Of a stretch of DNA of 64,000 nucleotides, positions 11,614 to 24,899 are shown piece by piece. The first letter of the stretch is position 1. The number at the start of each line of letters is the position of its first letter. The DNA comes from Podarcis filfolensis. Lineage: Eukaryota. The stretch lies in NCBI GenBank assembly GCA_964270895.1, contig OZ185437.1. One strand, 5' to 3'. Under the pieces are notes generated by a model. That model did not search any database, was not told where the DNA came from, and saw only the letters and a program-made list of their open reading frames with translations. Both the position numbers and the translations under genes were made by a program.

Positions 11614-14157
11614 ACCCATATATCACCAAGTCATAGGCCTGAAAGAAACATGTTAGCTGAGTTTGGCCTTGCATGTTTTTAGTAAGTTAACCTTTCTCTA
11701 GAATCCAGATATATAGAGTCTAGACATCAGTGCCTATCTTTCCCCTGGCCCTCCTGCTAACCTGATGCTGTTCATAATATCTAGTCAGAACCACCAGGTG
11801 ACTCGCTGTTCAGGAAGTGTACCCACTGAGGCCCTGGTGGTGCTCATAGTAATTTGAGCCATGGTGCTATTTGAATCACAAGCAGTCATGATTAAACAGT
11901 GGGACTGAAAGATCAGGTCCTAAAGTTGCCGTCTGGTGTAAGGGAAATGGACACTAGTATTATGACAGACAACCTAGATGTTTGGTCAAATAATGAAAGA
12001 TGGGGTGCTGTGCTCAGTGTTGCCCAGAATAATTCCGTGGGAGGTTAGACTTATTCACAACATGCACACAGCTACAGCGCTCTTCCCAAGAACTTTATTA
12101 GCCGCACGCAGCACAAAACAGCATTGCCATTTAAAAATGAATTGGGGCATTTGGTTGCATTTTTTCTTGCTTGAGAAATCCTTCATACGCCAGCCTGCAG
12201 GCATATGTATCTCTTGACAATGCCACTTGAATGCCTTTGCATGGTACTTAAATTCCAAGGCAAGGGGAAACATGCATCACACCTATTATGCAATCGTACG
12301 AGTGCCAGGATCCTTAAGCAGAGTACCAGAATGCAGCTGCCCCACTACTCCCATTTATCTGACAAAGATCTGACCTTGAAGCATTTCAACTAGAGGAAAC
12401 CCTCCTGTGAGCAGAAAGTATTTCAATATCCATAGGCTTCTACCCATGTTTAATTATGGACCATCTATAGCACAGCACACATACAGTTGTCACCTTCACC
12501 TCTCCTGAGTCATAATCTAATAAAATGGAGGGGAAAATATTTATCCCACTTCTGTAGTGCATGAGCTACACAAAATAAGTAGCAGCTCTGTATGTCTAAC
12601 CTGATCCATGTAAACCAAGGCACTAGATGTACGGAACTGAAGACAATGCGTGTTAATGGCGGTTGGAATTGAGTAAGAACTCTCTGAGCTAAACCACACA
12701 CTGACTATTTCCATGGCTCCCAGCTTGTTGTTTCTCCCAAAATAATATGTTGTTGGCCTGGCTTTGCACTTGGAATGTTTCTCCCAGCTCCAGTGATGTG
12801 GTGTCATTTATATCACTTTATGGGGAAGGAGGGATAAATCACCAGCTGTTCAAAAGGGAAGGCTTTAATGGAAAACCTTGAACTACTTTCAGGGTTTTTA
12901 AGAAGAACAGAATTCATGCACATAACAGGCAAACCCGAAGCGTTTACAGGGGCTGCCTCAGCTTCACGCTTGTGGTCGATGACCTCAGCAGAGCCTCCCT
13001 TAGAAAATTATGGGCTTGACTTTGCTCCGAGCCCATTTCTGTCCCAAAGGAGCCAGGCGTATTCCGGTTCTTTGTCACCAACAGCATTTACATTCATTGC
13101 TCTGTTGGATCAACTACTGCACTGCAGCACGTTAGGGAACGGTAATCTGCTAGCCTGCGTCAACACATTCCCAATACTCAAAAGCAAAGAAGGCTGGGTT
13201 GGGGGGTGGACAGGAAGAATCGGAGGAAAACCCATTTCCCCAAGTTTTCGCCAATTTATTGGAAATAAATCAGAAAAAACAGTCCCCACCAAAACAAACT
13301 CTGTTTTCCCCTGAGCCCTCACATAGAGATTCAAAAAGTAGAGACTCAAAATATCTACCTTGTGTTGTAATACTGACAATACAAGTTGTTGGTAGTGAAT
13401 CATAACATTAATATGAATTGGATTAGGAAGCGATTATTTGCTTGTTAGCACACTGGCAAGGCAGAACCTTTAAATGCAGGTAGTTTAAGGAAAGAGAAAC
13501 AGCTACACACGTTACATGTGCCAAGACACACCACTGCCTTGACCTTAAATGCACGTGTCCCTCAGGTTTAAAGGGCAAGTCTACATTTGGCTTCTTTGGG
13601 GCACCAGGTGTTCCTATTTAGCTTGCATCTGATCCCAGCAACCTGAGCTAAATCCACAATGCTGTCTCATCTGTCTAAATAGCAAATGGGAATGAAAGCA
13701 AATCTACCAGAGGCTGCTGCATCTATATGACGCAAGCTGCAACGCTGGCACGGGATTTCCTAATAACCTATGGTTCCATTCTTTTGGTGGCAACAGCTCT
13801 CTCCCTTCTGTAGTGGTATTAAGATGTCACACTGGAAACATGAATATTTTCTGTGCAGGTACACCTTGTGTTTCTTGCAGTTTCTCATCAATCAGTTGAT
13901 TGGCCAGTGGAATAGGCCTACATTTTCAAGGCCCTAAAGCTTGAACTATTATAGGGGTTCCTTCGCAGCCAGCAACAAGGTCTAGGAAATCACTGTTTTC
14001 TTCAATGAGGTTGTTCCATAATAGATTGCCACATTTTATTTTATTTTTGTAATAAAAACACCTTTACTACTGCATGACATATTTTGAATAAAATTGTTGT
14101 ACTGGATTATCTGACATGTCAAAGGCACGGGTGTAAATAAGACTTTTCCAGCTATGG

Positions 14158-14205
14158 GGTGTGTGTGTGTGTGTGTACGTGCGCGCACACACACACATAC
14201 ACACA
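14158..14205. repeat. (TG)n-GTGCGCGCAC-(CA)n inverted microsatellite
   Basis: Read directly. Self-complementary core at 14179-14188. Confidence 0.9.
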
Positions 14206-14675
14206 AATTAGGGAAATGTTATATACATGCATGATGCATCATAAAATGATTTGAGTCATGCGACTTGTATTGGGTCTACTAGACCCAATTTTTAAAAAGT
14301 GATGTGGACTAAAGTCACTTCTGGGGCACCTATGAGATTGGGGGACCCTGAAACTTAAATTTCATTAGTTTCATAGGAGATCCACCCCTGGGACTAGGTG
14401 GACTGTCAGCATCCCAAGGAAAGCTTGAAGTAGTGCAGAAAGGAAGATAACTGCCCATGCCACGAGTTTGATGAATCAGTAAGATCAGTTCAGATTTTAG
14501 AAGATGGTGGAAGAACCATGAGGCCCAGCATTGGCACTAGGCATCCTTGGGCCCACCACTGATGGGTTCTGGGCTCACTTTAAAACAACAACAACAGCAG
14601 AACAACAATCTTTTTTTTTTTTTTTTTTGGTGTAGAATGGGTTGATCTAGCCACTGCCAGGTAAGCCTGCCATAG

Positions 14676-14801
14676 ACAGCACCCTCCAACATGAGGTACA
14701 TTAGGCTCAGTGACTGGCCCAATGATGTTCATGACTGGGTGGAGATTTGAACCTAGGTCTGTCCAGTCTAAATCCAAATTCTAATGACTATGCCACACTG
14801 G
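14676..14801 (-). mobile_element. MIR/Ther1-like (Squam3-type) SINE fragment
   Basis: aggctcagtgactggccc...ggagatttgaacctaggtct...ctatgccacactgg matches the reverse complement of a tRNA head plus CORE SINE. Confidence 0.55.
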
Positions 14802-14853
14802 TAATTTAGCACTAAAGTCCTGAACCCCTAGCCTACCTGGCAGCAAGTCAGTA

Positions 14854-15439
14854 TGTCAAGTCCAAGTCCAGGGGTCAAGCCACACAAGCAAAGTCCAAGG
14901 GTCAGGAAACACAGTCTAGGGACAATCCAAGTAGCCAGGTCTGCAGTCCAGCAGTCAGGATACAGTGCAGAATCAAACCAGCAGCACAGTCCCATAGAGG
15001 TTGTCCAGGATCATCCAAGCCAAGGTCTATCAGCATGGACAGCTGAGCAGACACAGCCCCTCAGCTCTGCTTCCCTTTTGTACTTTGCTGATTGCAGCAT
15101 CTGTTCCAAGCTTCCTCCAGTTGAGGAATCACACCCCTCCTCCCAGAGCTAGGGAGCTGGGCTGTGGGCCCTTGCTTGCCTCAACATCCTAGAGCACCCT
15201 CCTGCTCCTCCCTACACCTTGGAGCCCACCATGTTCATGGGGACAGGGGCCCCTCTGGCTCTGGTGATGAGTCCTACTGCTTTCATTCCTGTGTACTAAC
15301 CGCCGTCACCTCGTCATCCCTCGCCACCCTGTGAGTACTTTCTTCCCCACCCCCAGCTTGCCCCAGTGTGTCCCAGTCCTGGCTACACCCCTCACTTAGA
15401 TCCTCTTCCTCCTCCCCTTTGTCCTGTCAGTTTTTGACA
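14854..15439 (-). mobile_element. Probable solo LTR (Gypsy-like), 586 bp
   Basis: Ends tgtcaa...ttgaca (TG..CA, 6-bp inverted ends), with short internal repeats and strand-biased composition typical of an LTR. No matching TSD, and strand assignment is tentative. Confidence 0.5.
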
Positions 15440-16536
15440 TAAAGCATGCAACCAAAAGGGCAGAGCCCAGCCTTGTTGATACAATGTAACTGCTCAGGGT
15501 AAGACACTTCTCAAAAATTAGTATTAACATTAATGCTTCTTTAGTTTCCCTGGTACTGATTCTAATTTATCTGGCTGCAACGTCACTTTATTAAACTTAA
15601 TAGTGGAACAGCAGGCGACAGATTTGGAGTGGCTCAAAAATAAGCTGTGCTAATTCCTGTTTTGGGGGGAAGTAGCTTGGCTTATTTCAGATAATGAGTT
15701 GCTTCTGGAAATAGAAGGAGAGGATTGTTTGGCTCAAACTGTGGATAATATAATTGTGGAATTAATATTGGTAAGTCTAGAGAAAATCATGTGACAAGTC
15801 TAGAGGCGTCATAGGCTCCAACTCCGGGGGGAGGGAGAGACAGTTTAAACCCCCCAGTGTTTTCTTTTTTAGGGTGGCAGGGCCCCTCAATGTTCAGAGG
15901 ATGTCATGTCAGGCCTCCCTAATTGTCTGGAGAAGCTGGTGCCTCTGAGTTTGTTTCCCCCCTAGAATACTGAAGGTAGAATGATATAGGCATCACTGCT
16001 CACAGTGAGCACATTCATCTCACTACTGTATCTGGTCCAACAATTTTGCAGAATGTTTTAGGGTCCAACTAATTCACCAGACCTGTTTGGCCACAGGCAA
16101 TAAAATATGCTACCTGTTGCCTCATCATACCACTGCTATCTATCTTAAAAAGTGTTACCTGTTTCCTGCCTAAGACATGGATGTTACAGCTCTCCACATC
16201 AGAACCATTCATATATCTAGAGGTCTGGAAAATAAAATTGCATAGGTTCTACACCTTCATTTCCTAACCAGGAAAAAGAAGGGCTATATTTGTTTCTCAG
16301 GTCAGAACCCACCAAACACTGAGTGGGATTCAACTACTGTAAATTGTTATGTGCGTGGAATGAGGTCCACCCACGCAATAGGACATCACCCCTTCACCTC
16401 CTGCTAAATCAACTCTGGAGAGTTGGGGGAACCCCCAGCACAAATTTAGGGGCCATGTGGGGGCACACAGGGGGAGAGGGAGAAAAGCCCAATGGTCTGT
16501 GTAGACCTTGTTTTGTGCATGCTTATCCCTCTTAGT

Positions 16537-16764
16537 AGGAACGTGGGTGGCGCTATGGGTAAAACCTCAGTGCCTAGGACTTGCCGATCATTTCCGTGTG
16601 CTGCGCTGGTGCTGGCTCACCAGCTGCAGCTTCGTCACGCTGGCCACGTGACCCGGAAGTGTCTTTGGACGGCGCCGGCTCACGGCCTCTAGAGCGAGAT
16701 GAGCACGCAACCCTAGAGTCGGACACGACTGGCCCGTACGGGCAGGGGTACCTTTACCTTTACC
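16537..16764 (+). mobile_element. Sauria SINE, internally deleted (228 bp)
   Basis: 5' head ggaacgtgggtggcgct, 3' body gccacgtgacccggaag...gagtcggacacgactgg and (ACCTTT)n tail. Perfect 13-bp TSD tatccctcttagt (16524-16536 / 16765-16777). Confidence 0.92.
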
Positions 16765-18055
16765 TATCCCTCTTAGTGCAATTCTGAATTCCACCTGTGG
16801 GTCCTAAGCGCATCCTGTGGCTGTTTCAATAGGATTTCTATGAAAGCATCAATCCAGTATAGGTTGTGCCCCAAAGGTTATTTCAGGTCTCAAGATGAGA
16901 ATATCCATTTCATCAAGTAAAAGGAGCAGGAAATAGTATGTGAGTTTTGTACTTTTCTCACACTGCAAGTTGGCCGTTCATCACCTGCTACCATTTTGTA
17001 CGCCAAAAGGAAAAGGTGTAATGTTGTGCTGACACATTTTCATGGTATCAGAGCCTAAGTAGGAAAACTGTAAATGTGTCCTTCCCAGGTGGTAGCAGGC
17101 ATGCCCAGGGTCTGATCAGAACATGCCATCATTCCCACCTGCGATGAATCATAAGGATGCAGGGTGGACACTGACTTGCCTGCCTTTGTTTTTACAGGAA
17201 TGCTCACTTTGACAGGGTACCTTGCATGGAGAAAGGGAGCAGAGCAAACCATGCTACTTCACCAAACAACACCAGCTGGTCCACTCACCACCCCTTCTGG
17301 TTAAAAGTCCAGCAAGCAAAGCCACTTCCCGCCATTAATTCTCTCGGAGGGAAGGCTGAATCCCTCGGGTGCCTTTGGCTCAGAAGACTGTAAGCACATC
17401 ACGGACCCCACGAAGTACGCTCAGCATTCCGACTACCATCTCCCCTTCTCCCTTTTCCCTTTGGTTTCTTGCCGACAGAGGATTTTCCTCTTGATTTCTA
17501 AAGCCACATGGACCAATGTATGTACTTTTCCCCCTCACTGACTTCAAGGTTCAGATATTTGAGGCTGGACAATGAAATGGATTTTTTCTCTCTCTCCCAA
17601 AAACTGCTGTGGTTTTGCTGCTACACTAAGAATTGTGATTTGCATTGTATGGTTTCGGACCTATTCGCGTTTTTTGATGGGAGGGGGGATGAAGGGGTTA
17701 TACTGGAGTTATTGACACTTCAGCGTCATCTCTATCTCCTGCCCATGATGCACTTTTAAATGAAGAGTTATTAGAATATTTTATTGGCTAATATACTTTT
17801 TCCCCCCTTGTTATTTTTTACAAAGGCCACCTTTATCCTTTTTAACGCCATATTTTCAGTGTTACACTTTTATGGCTTTTTTAATTTTTATTTGACAGAG
17901 TAAGAAGCAGCATGAATAGTTTATACTGTGGTTTTTCAGAGACTGAATGCCAAGAGAACTCAGTAAATGTTTATTCCTCTCAGCTTTCTCTTTCAATTCC
18001 CCTAAATAGCACCCCATTTGGGAACAGAGCAAGAGTGTTGAACTAAAGACCAAAA

Positions 18056-18083
18056 AAGAAGAAGAAGAAGGAGAAGAAGAAGA
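18056..18083. repeat. (AAG)n microsatellite, interrupted
   Basis: Read directly. Confidence 0.85.
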
Positions 18084-18689
18084 AAAGGGATCCCCTCAAG
18101 GTGTAAAACTATCTGGGGGAAATATTTTGCTGGGTGTTATGAAAGACTTGGATGAAATTTCAACCCTGATGGTTTTTCAGTGATCCAGGAAGCCAGTGAG
18201 ACAATCTCGCCAGATGCAGACCCCTTTCATGATAATTAGAAAGGTATGGCCAAGCCAATGAAAACACAGGGGTAAAGTGAGAAGAGAGCCCCCATGATTC
18301 TGTTTCACTGTTTGCTTTCTCCTGTCATGGTTAAAAAGAAAATGTGCAATTCGATCCTCAGTCGGTGGGTGGAGGATAACAGGGTAGAATTTACTTGTGT
18401 GCACTTGTATAGTTGTAGCCAAGAGTCCAAAAGAACACTAGAGCATGTATGCCGGCACTGATTTGGTAAAACAATTGTGGAGTATCCCATTCTGACAAAA
18501 TACTAAGGTGGAGGGGGGGAATGGGGAGGGGGGATCATTAAAAAAAAAAGTTCAAATCACCTTGTGATCCAGTGTAACTGTTTACTAACTTGAATAAAGC
18601 AATTGTTCACGCTACAATGCCCGGAGTACACCTTTACTACAAGGCTATTGTAATTAGCATACAGGAAGCAGTTTGGACAGGGCGTGCTT

Positions 18690-18735
18690 CAAAGAGTCGC
18701 GGGGCGGGGCAGGGTTTTAAAAGCCAATCAAACCC
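18690..18735. promoter_or_regulatory. GC box plus CCAAT box, promoter-like motif pair
   Basis: GGGGCGGGGC at 18701-18710 and CCAAT at 18724-18728, in a locally CpG-containing patch. No downstream gene identified. Confidence 0.3.
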
Positions 18736-19730
18736 GAGCCTTATAGTAATGGTGTACTGAGGGCACTATGTACATACTGTATTTCTATATTTTCCTTTGT
18801 ACAGATTCACTTAAGTCAAGCTACTGTTTTACAGGTGCTCCTTATTTATTAGGGCTGTGAAGGCTTGGAAAACTACACCCGACGAGCAAGCTCGCTTTTT
18901 AAAAAAATAAAATAAATGAAAAATTAAAAAGGTGAAGGACTGGAGGGAGGGCAATGGGGGGAGGGGGGAAGAGCTCATGAGCCTATGGATTGATTTCAAA
19001 ACCTAACAGAGACAAATTTCTATGGGGAAAACGAAGCACTTTTAAGATGCTTCTGGTTGTTCTGGGCTCACACCATTTTTTTTTCTCCCTGACTGGTGTC
19101 AGATTTATTAAAACAAAATAAATCTCCAAGTTTAAAAATGCACTTAGCTGTGCTGTTGTTTTCCTTTTTATATATAACATCTGTCCACAAAAAAGGTCTT
19201 CGTTTCTCACTAGAAGTTGACAGGTATAATGGATATGATCAAAATCCAATATTTCATCTAAAAAGAATATCTTTACTTAAAAAGCTGTTTAGGAGGGGGG
19301 CTTAGTTCTCTGTTCCTCCTTGGTGATCTCATTCCTTCTAATCTTTTAGCTTTTTTTAGCAAAACTGGAAAAAGCATTTAACTGGAAATACAGGCTCTTT
19401 CTCACTCACTCACTCTCACTCACTATCTCACTATCCCTGGTTTGGTGATGCTCCAGACCCCTCTCTGTGCTTTGCCAGACTAAGGGCTAATACACAAATT
19501 ACTTCTCCATTCTTGTACAAGGAACAATTCTAGACTTTTTCACCTCCTAGCCTACCTAAACTTGCCAGTGTTCTTCCACATAGATGCGTATGTTTCATTC
19601 TGGGCATCATTCCTAAACATCTTTCCTTGGCATCTTATCTTTCTACGTACCTTCACTTGGTTAGAAAATGTGACCTTTATAGGAGCTGCTTACATGGCTG
19701 TTAACACATTCTTTTCTCTAGTCACTAATA

Positions 19731-20000
19731 CCGTATTGGCCCAAATATAAGCCACACCCGAATATAAGCCACACCTTTAAAATTCAAGGGAGGGAGAAAA
19801 AAAGACAATACCCGAATATAAGCCGCTCCCTTAAAATTCCGCAGGCACTCACACCCATTCCGTTTTGCCGTATGTCTGTTTCAGCAGCGATATTGTAGAA
19901 GCCCATTTTTGTAAGGTTGTGAATTTAAGCTGCACTTTAACTTTTCACGGTCGTAACTGGAGGGGGGGGGAGAGTGCGGCTTATATTTAGGCCAATACAG
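19731..20000. mobile_element. Tc2-type (CCGTA-terminal) Tc1/mariner MITE (270 bp)
   Basis: TA|ccgtattggcccaaatataagccacac...gtgcggcttatatttaggccaatacag|TA. ~27-bp TIR and internal cccgaatataagcc repeats. Confidence 0.88.
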
Positions 20001-20235
20001 TAGATGCTGATCGAGGCCCACAGAACTAGTGTTTTGCTGTACAGATTTCAGATGCTTTTCATAAATTGGTGTGGCCTTGAAAATAAACTTCCAAGCTGAG
20101 AAATGCTAATCAGGATTTTGAATGCTGAACTCAATGGGACTTTTGCATGGTTGTTGTTATTCTTGTTATTTTCAGTGATGTCAGCGATAAAAACATAAGG
20201 ATGGTAATTGTGGAGGCATTTCCGAACAGGAGCTA

Positions 20236-20477
20236 TAGTGGTACCTCGGGTTACGTATTTAATTCGTTCCAGAGGTCCGTACTTAACCTGAAACTGTTCT
20301 TAACCTGAAGCACCACTTTAGCTAATGGGGCTTATTGCTGCCACCGCGCTGTCGGAGCACAATTTCTGTTCTCATCCTGAAGCAAAGTTCTTAACCCGAG
20401 GTACTATTTTTGGGTTAGCGGAGTCTGTAACCTGAAGCGTCTGTAACCTGAAGTGTATGTAACCCGAGGTACCACTG
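20236..20477 (+). mobile_element. Family B MITE, copy 2 (242 bp)
   Basis: TA|tagtggtacctc...gaggtaccactg|TG, with the shared family-B interior. Confidence 0.92.
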
Positions 20478-21332
20478 TGTGTGTGTGTATATATATATAA
20501 TTTAATTATATATATAATTTCAGTAGAATGGATAAATCTGGATTTTAAAAATGCACACTGGCATTCTGATGCTGATGACATAGCAGAAAACTTGCATATG
20601 TGAGCAGCACTGATCACACACCAGTCTGGAAGCTCGCATCCACCCACACAGAAAAGTACCAAACTGCAGACGGAGAGCAATATAGTAAGGAAAAAGAAGT
20701 AAAGATTACTATAGTCTCTTTGAGTAAATTGTGATTTACTTTATCAGACAGAAACTTATTTATTATATTTATGTATTTCAAAAAATATATGATTGTAGAA
20801 AAAAACACCTCAAAGCAATTTAGAAAAAAAGATTAAACCAGGAAATGTTAACTACATTTTTTTACAGCAAGAATTTAAAACATACAAAAAGTTAAAACAA
20901 CAATATAGTGAAACAGTTTAAAACTCACATCAACTTTAGGGTTGTCTAAACAAGAATGTTTCTAGCAAGTGCCAAATAGAATGCAGTCAAAATGCCTGCT
21001 TGATTTCAATTAGGCAGCCTTTTTACAATATATAATTCTCTTTAATTTTATATAAACTTTGAAGATACAAATGCATGTTCTAGGCAAAAGCATCTAAGAA
21101 AGCCAACCACATGTTTCATTCCTATGTGAAGCAACTTTGAAAGTGGTGCCTAAGTAGCAAATAATTTGCATAACATGCAGATTAAGTCACCCAGATTTTG
21201 GGGATACACTTGGCACACTTTCCCAGATCTCAGTTTGTTATATTATGGCTGGGGAATTGGCATCTTTTCCTCAGCTAGAAATGTGGAGTGTTACCTTGAA
21301 AGCAATTGAAAGGTGCTACTGGCACCTTTATT

Positions 21333-21667
21333 GGGATGTGGGTGGCGCTGTGGTCTAAACAACAGAGCCTAGGGCTTGCCAATCAGAAGGTCGGTGGTTC
21401 GAATCCCTGCGATGGGGTGAGCTCCCGTTACTCGGTCCCTGCTCCTGCCAACCTAGCAGTTCGAAAGCACCTCAAAGTAGTGCAAGTAGATAAATAGGTA
21501 CCGCTCCGGCGGGAAGGTAAACGGCGTATCCATGCACTGTTCTCGTTCGCCAGAAGCGGCTTAGTCATGCTGGCCACTGACTCCCTCGGCCAGTAAAGCA
21601 AGATGAGCGCCGCAACCCCAGAGTTGTGCGCGACTGGACCTAACGGTCAGGGGTCCCTTTACCTTTT
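21333..21667 (+). mobile_element. Sauria SINE, near full length
   Basis: tRNA-derived head with A box (ggtggcgctgtgg) and B box (ggttcgaatcc), conserved body and tccctttacctt tail. Direct repeat tactggcacc at 21317-21326 and 21668-21677. Confidence 0.95.
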
Positions 21668-24600
21668 TACTGGCACCAATAATGAGTGATGCAACATTCT
21701 CACGCTGTGACCCTAAGGGCTAAACTTGAAAAGAGGAGGACTTGTGTGGGAGATGGAACTGGCTAGTTTCAAAGCAGAGCATAAGCACCTTACCGGTTTG
21801 AATTGCATGTGTACATGGATGCCTGCACACCAATCATGCACTCCAGCTCATCCATCTTGGCTCAAGGGCTTTTAGCATCACCACACCAACACCTATGCCT
21901 GGTGCCTCTCCAAAATGACTCTGGCACATTCATTTTATCCACTTGGCCCAAGGCCAGTTTACCCATGAGGTATGTTGAGGTAGTTGCCTCAGGTGCCTAG
22001 CATTGTGCAATGGGCACACAGCGGTAGCAGCACTGCCCCTGGGAGCCTGCCACCCTGAAACAGCCACCTTGCCGGCCTGGTCTCATGCGTGGGCCAGCTC
22101 TGGACCAACAGGATATGAAATAATTCTTTTTTCCTTTCTTAACTGTTTTTGAAATGAGGCCAAAAGCTAAGCCTTTAACTTGGACTGAGGCCTACCCTGC
22201 ACTTCATAACCATACACCATGCTCATACTCTGAGCATGAACTAATTAAAATATATATATAAGTTGCCCTCTGGCTTTAAGTTGCAACTTGTACTCTAGTT
22301 CCGTTCTTAAGAAGGAACCAAAAGCTGACATTCTAGGGTGTTTTTTATAGGTTTTTTTTTAAGTGGAACTAGGTTTCAACTAGGTTTTTTTTTAGCAGTA
22401 GCAACACATGTGGCAAGGTGGAGTGTCAACAAGCTTGGGTCCAGCAGTGGTCCAGCCAACTTTTTCATACAGCCCGCTCTTGTGCCCCCTCCCAATACAC
22501 TGCCACTTTTTTAAACTGGTTTTAAATGGAACTGAAAGTTGACACTTTTAACTTGAATTGAGGCCTACTGTTATGTTAAGCTTACATCCTGCCCTTTATA
22601 ATAGAGGATTTATTTTTTTTTACTCTCCAAAAGTGGAATTTGAGGGATTTTTGTTGCAGTTTACTGTAGACCCTCAAGGCTGCTCTGCTAGGGTAGAACC
22701 AAACACTCAGGTTCTACAGTTTTATCATCTCTAGAATTCAGTTCCCAAGATGTGTGTTTTCACAGAATTTATCCCTCTGAGATTTAGATTCTTAAAGTTT
22801 CAGCTGATTCTTTAATCAGGCAAAAACTACTCTGCCCCCAAACAGGTGCCTAATTCACTTGTTACCTCAATACTTTGTTCCTATTCATCAGCTGAGGCTC
22901 TCCCTCGTTGATATAAACCAATATTCTAAAATAATATACTGTTACATGACACCCCAATCTCTGAGTGGTGTGAAATTTCAGGGGTAGCAGGTGGGCTTAC
23001 CAGAGCCTATGTTTGGAACTATGAGGCACAGCGGAGACACTGGTATCTTTATGCTATATGGTTCATAAACACATATATACAACCCAAGCCCAGATGGAGA
23101 GAGTGCAGCGCATTCACATCCCAAGAGGGTACTCTTCCTTCCATTGCTGCAGCTTTGGATTCCAAGAGACCCCAAATCCTTATGCTGCAGAGGTTTGCAG
23201 CATAAAACAAACAACTTGCCCCATGCTCTGGCATCCCTTCTTCAGCTTGCAAAACGGACATTTTTTTCCTGTTTGCTTACTTACATCATCCAAACTGCAA
23301 ATCTGGAACTTCCCTCCCTGCACTCTGGCATTGTCTCTTGCTAGTTATGCAGAGAGCAGGGTGGGGCACCTGGTATTAGACTTGCTGGCTTCTTTCTCTG
23401 TCAATGACTCGGCCATTTTGGTGATTTACCTCTTGATGACTCCTCTGACAGGCGGTTTCCTGGACAGGGAAAACTGAGTCCAGCTATTTAAAGTCTAACT
23501 TTCAGTTTTGCCCTCCAAGCATTGCTTAATTCTAACACTTACTAAATCAAGGAATTATGGAGAGGATCTAGCACCAAGGAGTTTAGGGGATCCTTGTTCA
23601 TGCACGCTCCACACAACTTATAACAATACTTTTATTTCAGTATTTTTACCATTACGCTCTTTCTGGCGACTTGAGGTTTTAAACCTTACAAACCATTTTT
23701 GATGTACAGTACAACACAGACGTTCTTCTTCCTGTGAAACACTCCCCAAATGCACATGAAATTGTAAACGAAATTTAAGAGCAAAAGGTGTCATGCATTA
23801 TGCAAAAGAAATCTGCTTCATATTGAAACCAAATTATTCCCTAGTGGAAACTGAGCAAAATCAGTGACATTCTGCGGGTCACAAATATAGCTGTCTTTCC
23901 CCCTTTTGGGGGGAGAGGGAGATGGGCTACTTAACAAAGTATAACTCTGCCAACCCTTATGTGCCACTATTTATTAAGCAGAATATACTATAAGAGACAC
24001 GGTTAGCAAACCAGACCCTTCCCCGATTCTAGACGACAAGATGTGTGGAAAGGTAAGAAGAGAAATAGCTTCTTAAATACAACATATGAGGGATCGAGAA
24101 TGACAAGGGCTTCATGCCCTCATGGACACCTGTGTGGATGAGGAGAGAGTCCAGAAGTGGGCGGGGCCAAAAGCAGAGCAAGCAAAAGGAGTCTCACCTT
24201 TGTGCGGGAATGCAATGCAAAATTCAGAGGTTTCTGCTGCTACACTCTCACACATCTCTCTCTCTCCAGGCAAGTGAGAGGCAATTGTCACAGTTCAAGG
24301 TCACATGCCAGGCAGGCAAAAGCCCCTGCAGCAGAAAGCATTCCAATCCTTATTTGACACCACCACAATTTACACCATTGGCTAATTTAAATTCTCTGCT
24401 TCTTCCTCTTTTAGCAAATAATTTTATTTTGTGAATTGCTGTGCAATAAAGAACAAGGGCAACAAAACAAACCGGTGCAGATCTCTCACGTGTCACTGTT
24501 ACTGTAAATAATTGAAAAAAATGGATAAGCATTAAAATCAGATAAAATCTGTGAACCACAGAGATTCCATGGACGAAAAAATGTGAGAGAAAGTGCACTA

Positions 24601-24899
24601 AATGGAAGGAGAAAATGGCACCTCATTAGTGATGAACAAACTTACCCATCAATGACCAATCAACTTCACTCATTGTCCAAAAATGCTAAAATGTGGAAGC
24701 AGCCCTCCTGGCCCACCTGCCTGCATGTTTTGCTTCCTAACTTTCTCTCTATGAGGTCAATTGATTTACCTTTTTAAAATGAAAGCTCAGACTCTGGGAT
24801 GGGACCTGGTGCAATTGCTCCAATCTGGCCTTACCTAGTCTTGAGTTGATGTCCAGACTATACACCCACCCACAAACCCTCAGAGGTAAACACTGATGT

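Noticed and set aside
12868-13314. 148-aa ORF as a gene
   Set aside because: No domain and no splice context; its length is within chance expectation for 64 kb across six frames.
15801-15947. Possible hAT MITE (tagaggcgtc...ggtgcctctg)
   Set aside because: Weak TIR match and no TSD.
21949-22102. Possible hAT MITE (caaggccag...gccagctctg)
   Set aside because: Degenerate TIRs and no TSD. Probably an old element, but I cannot support it.
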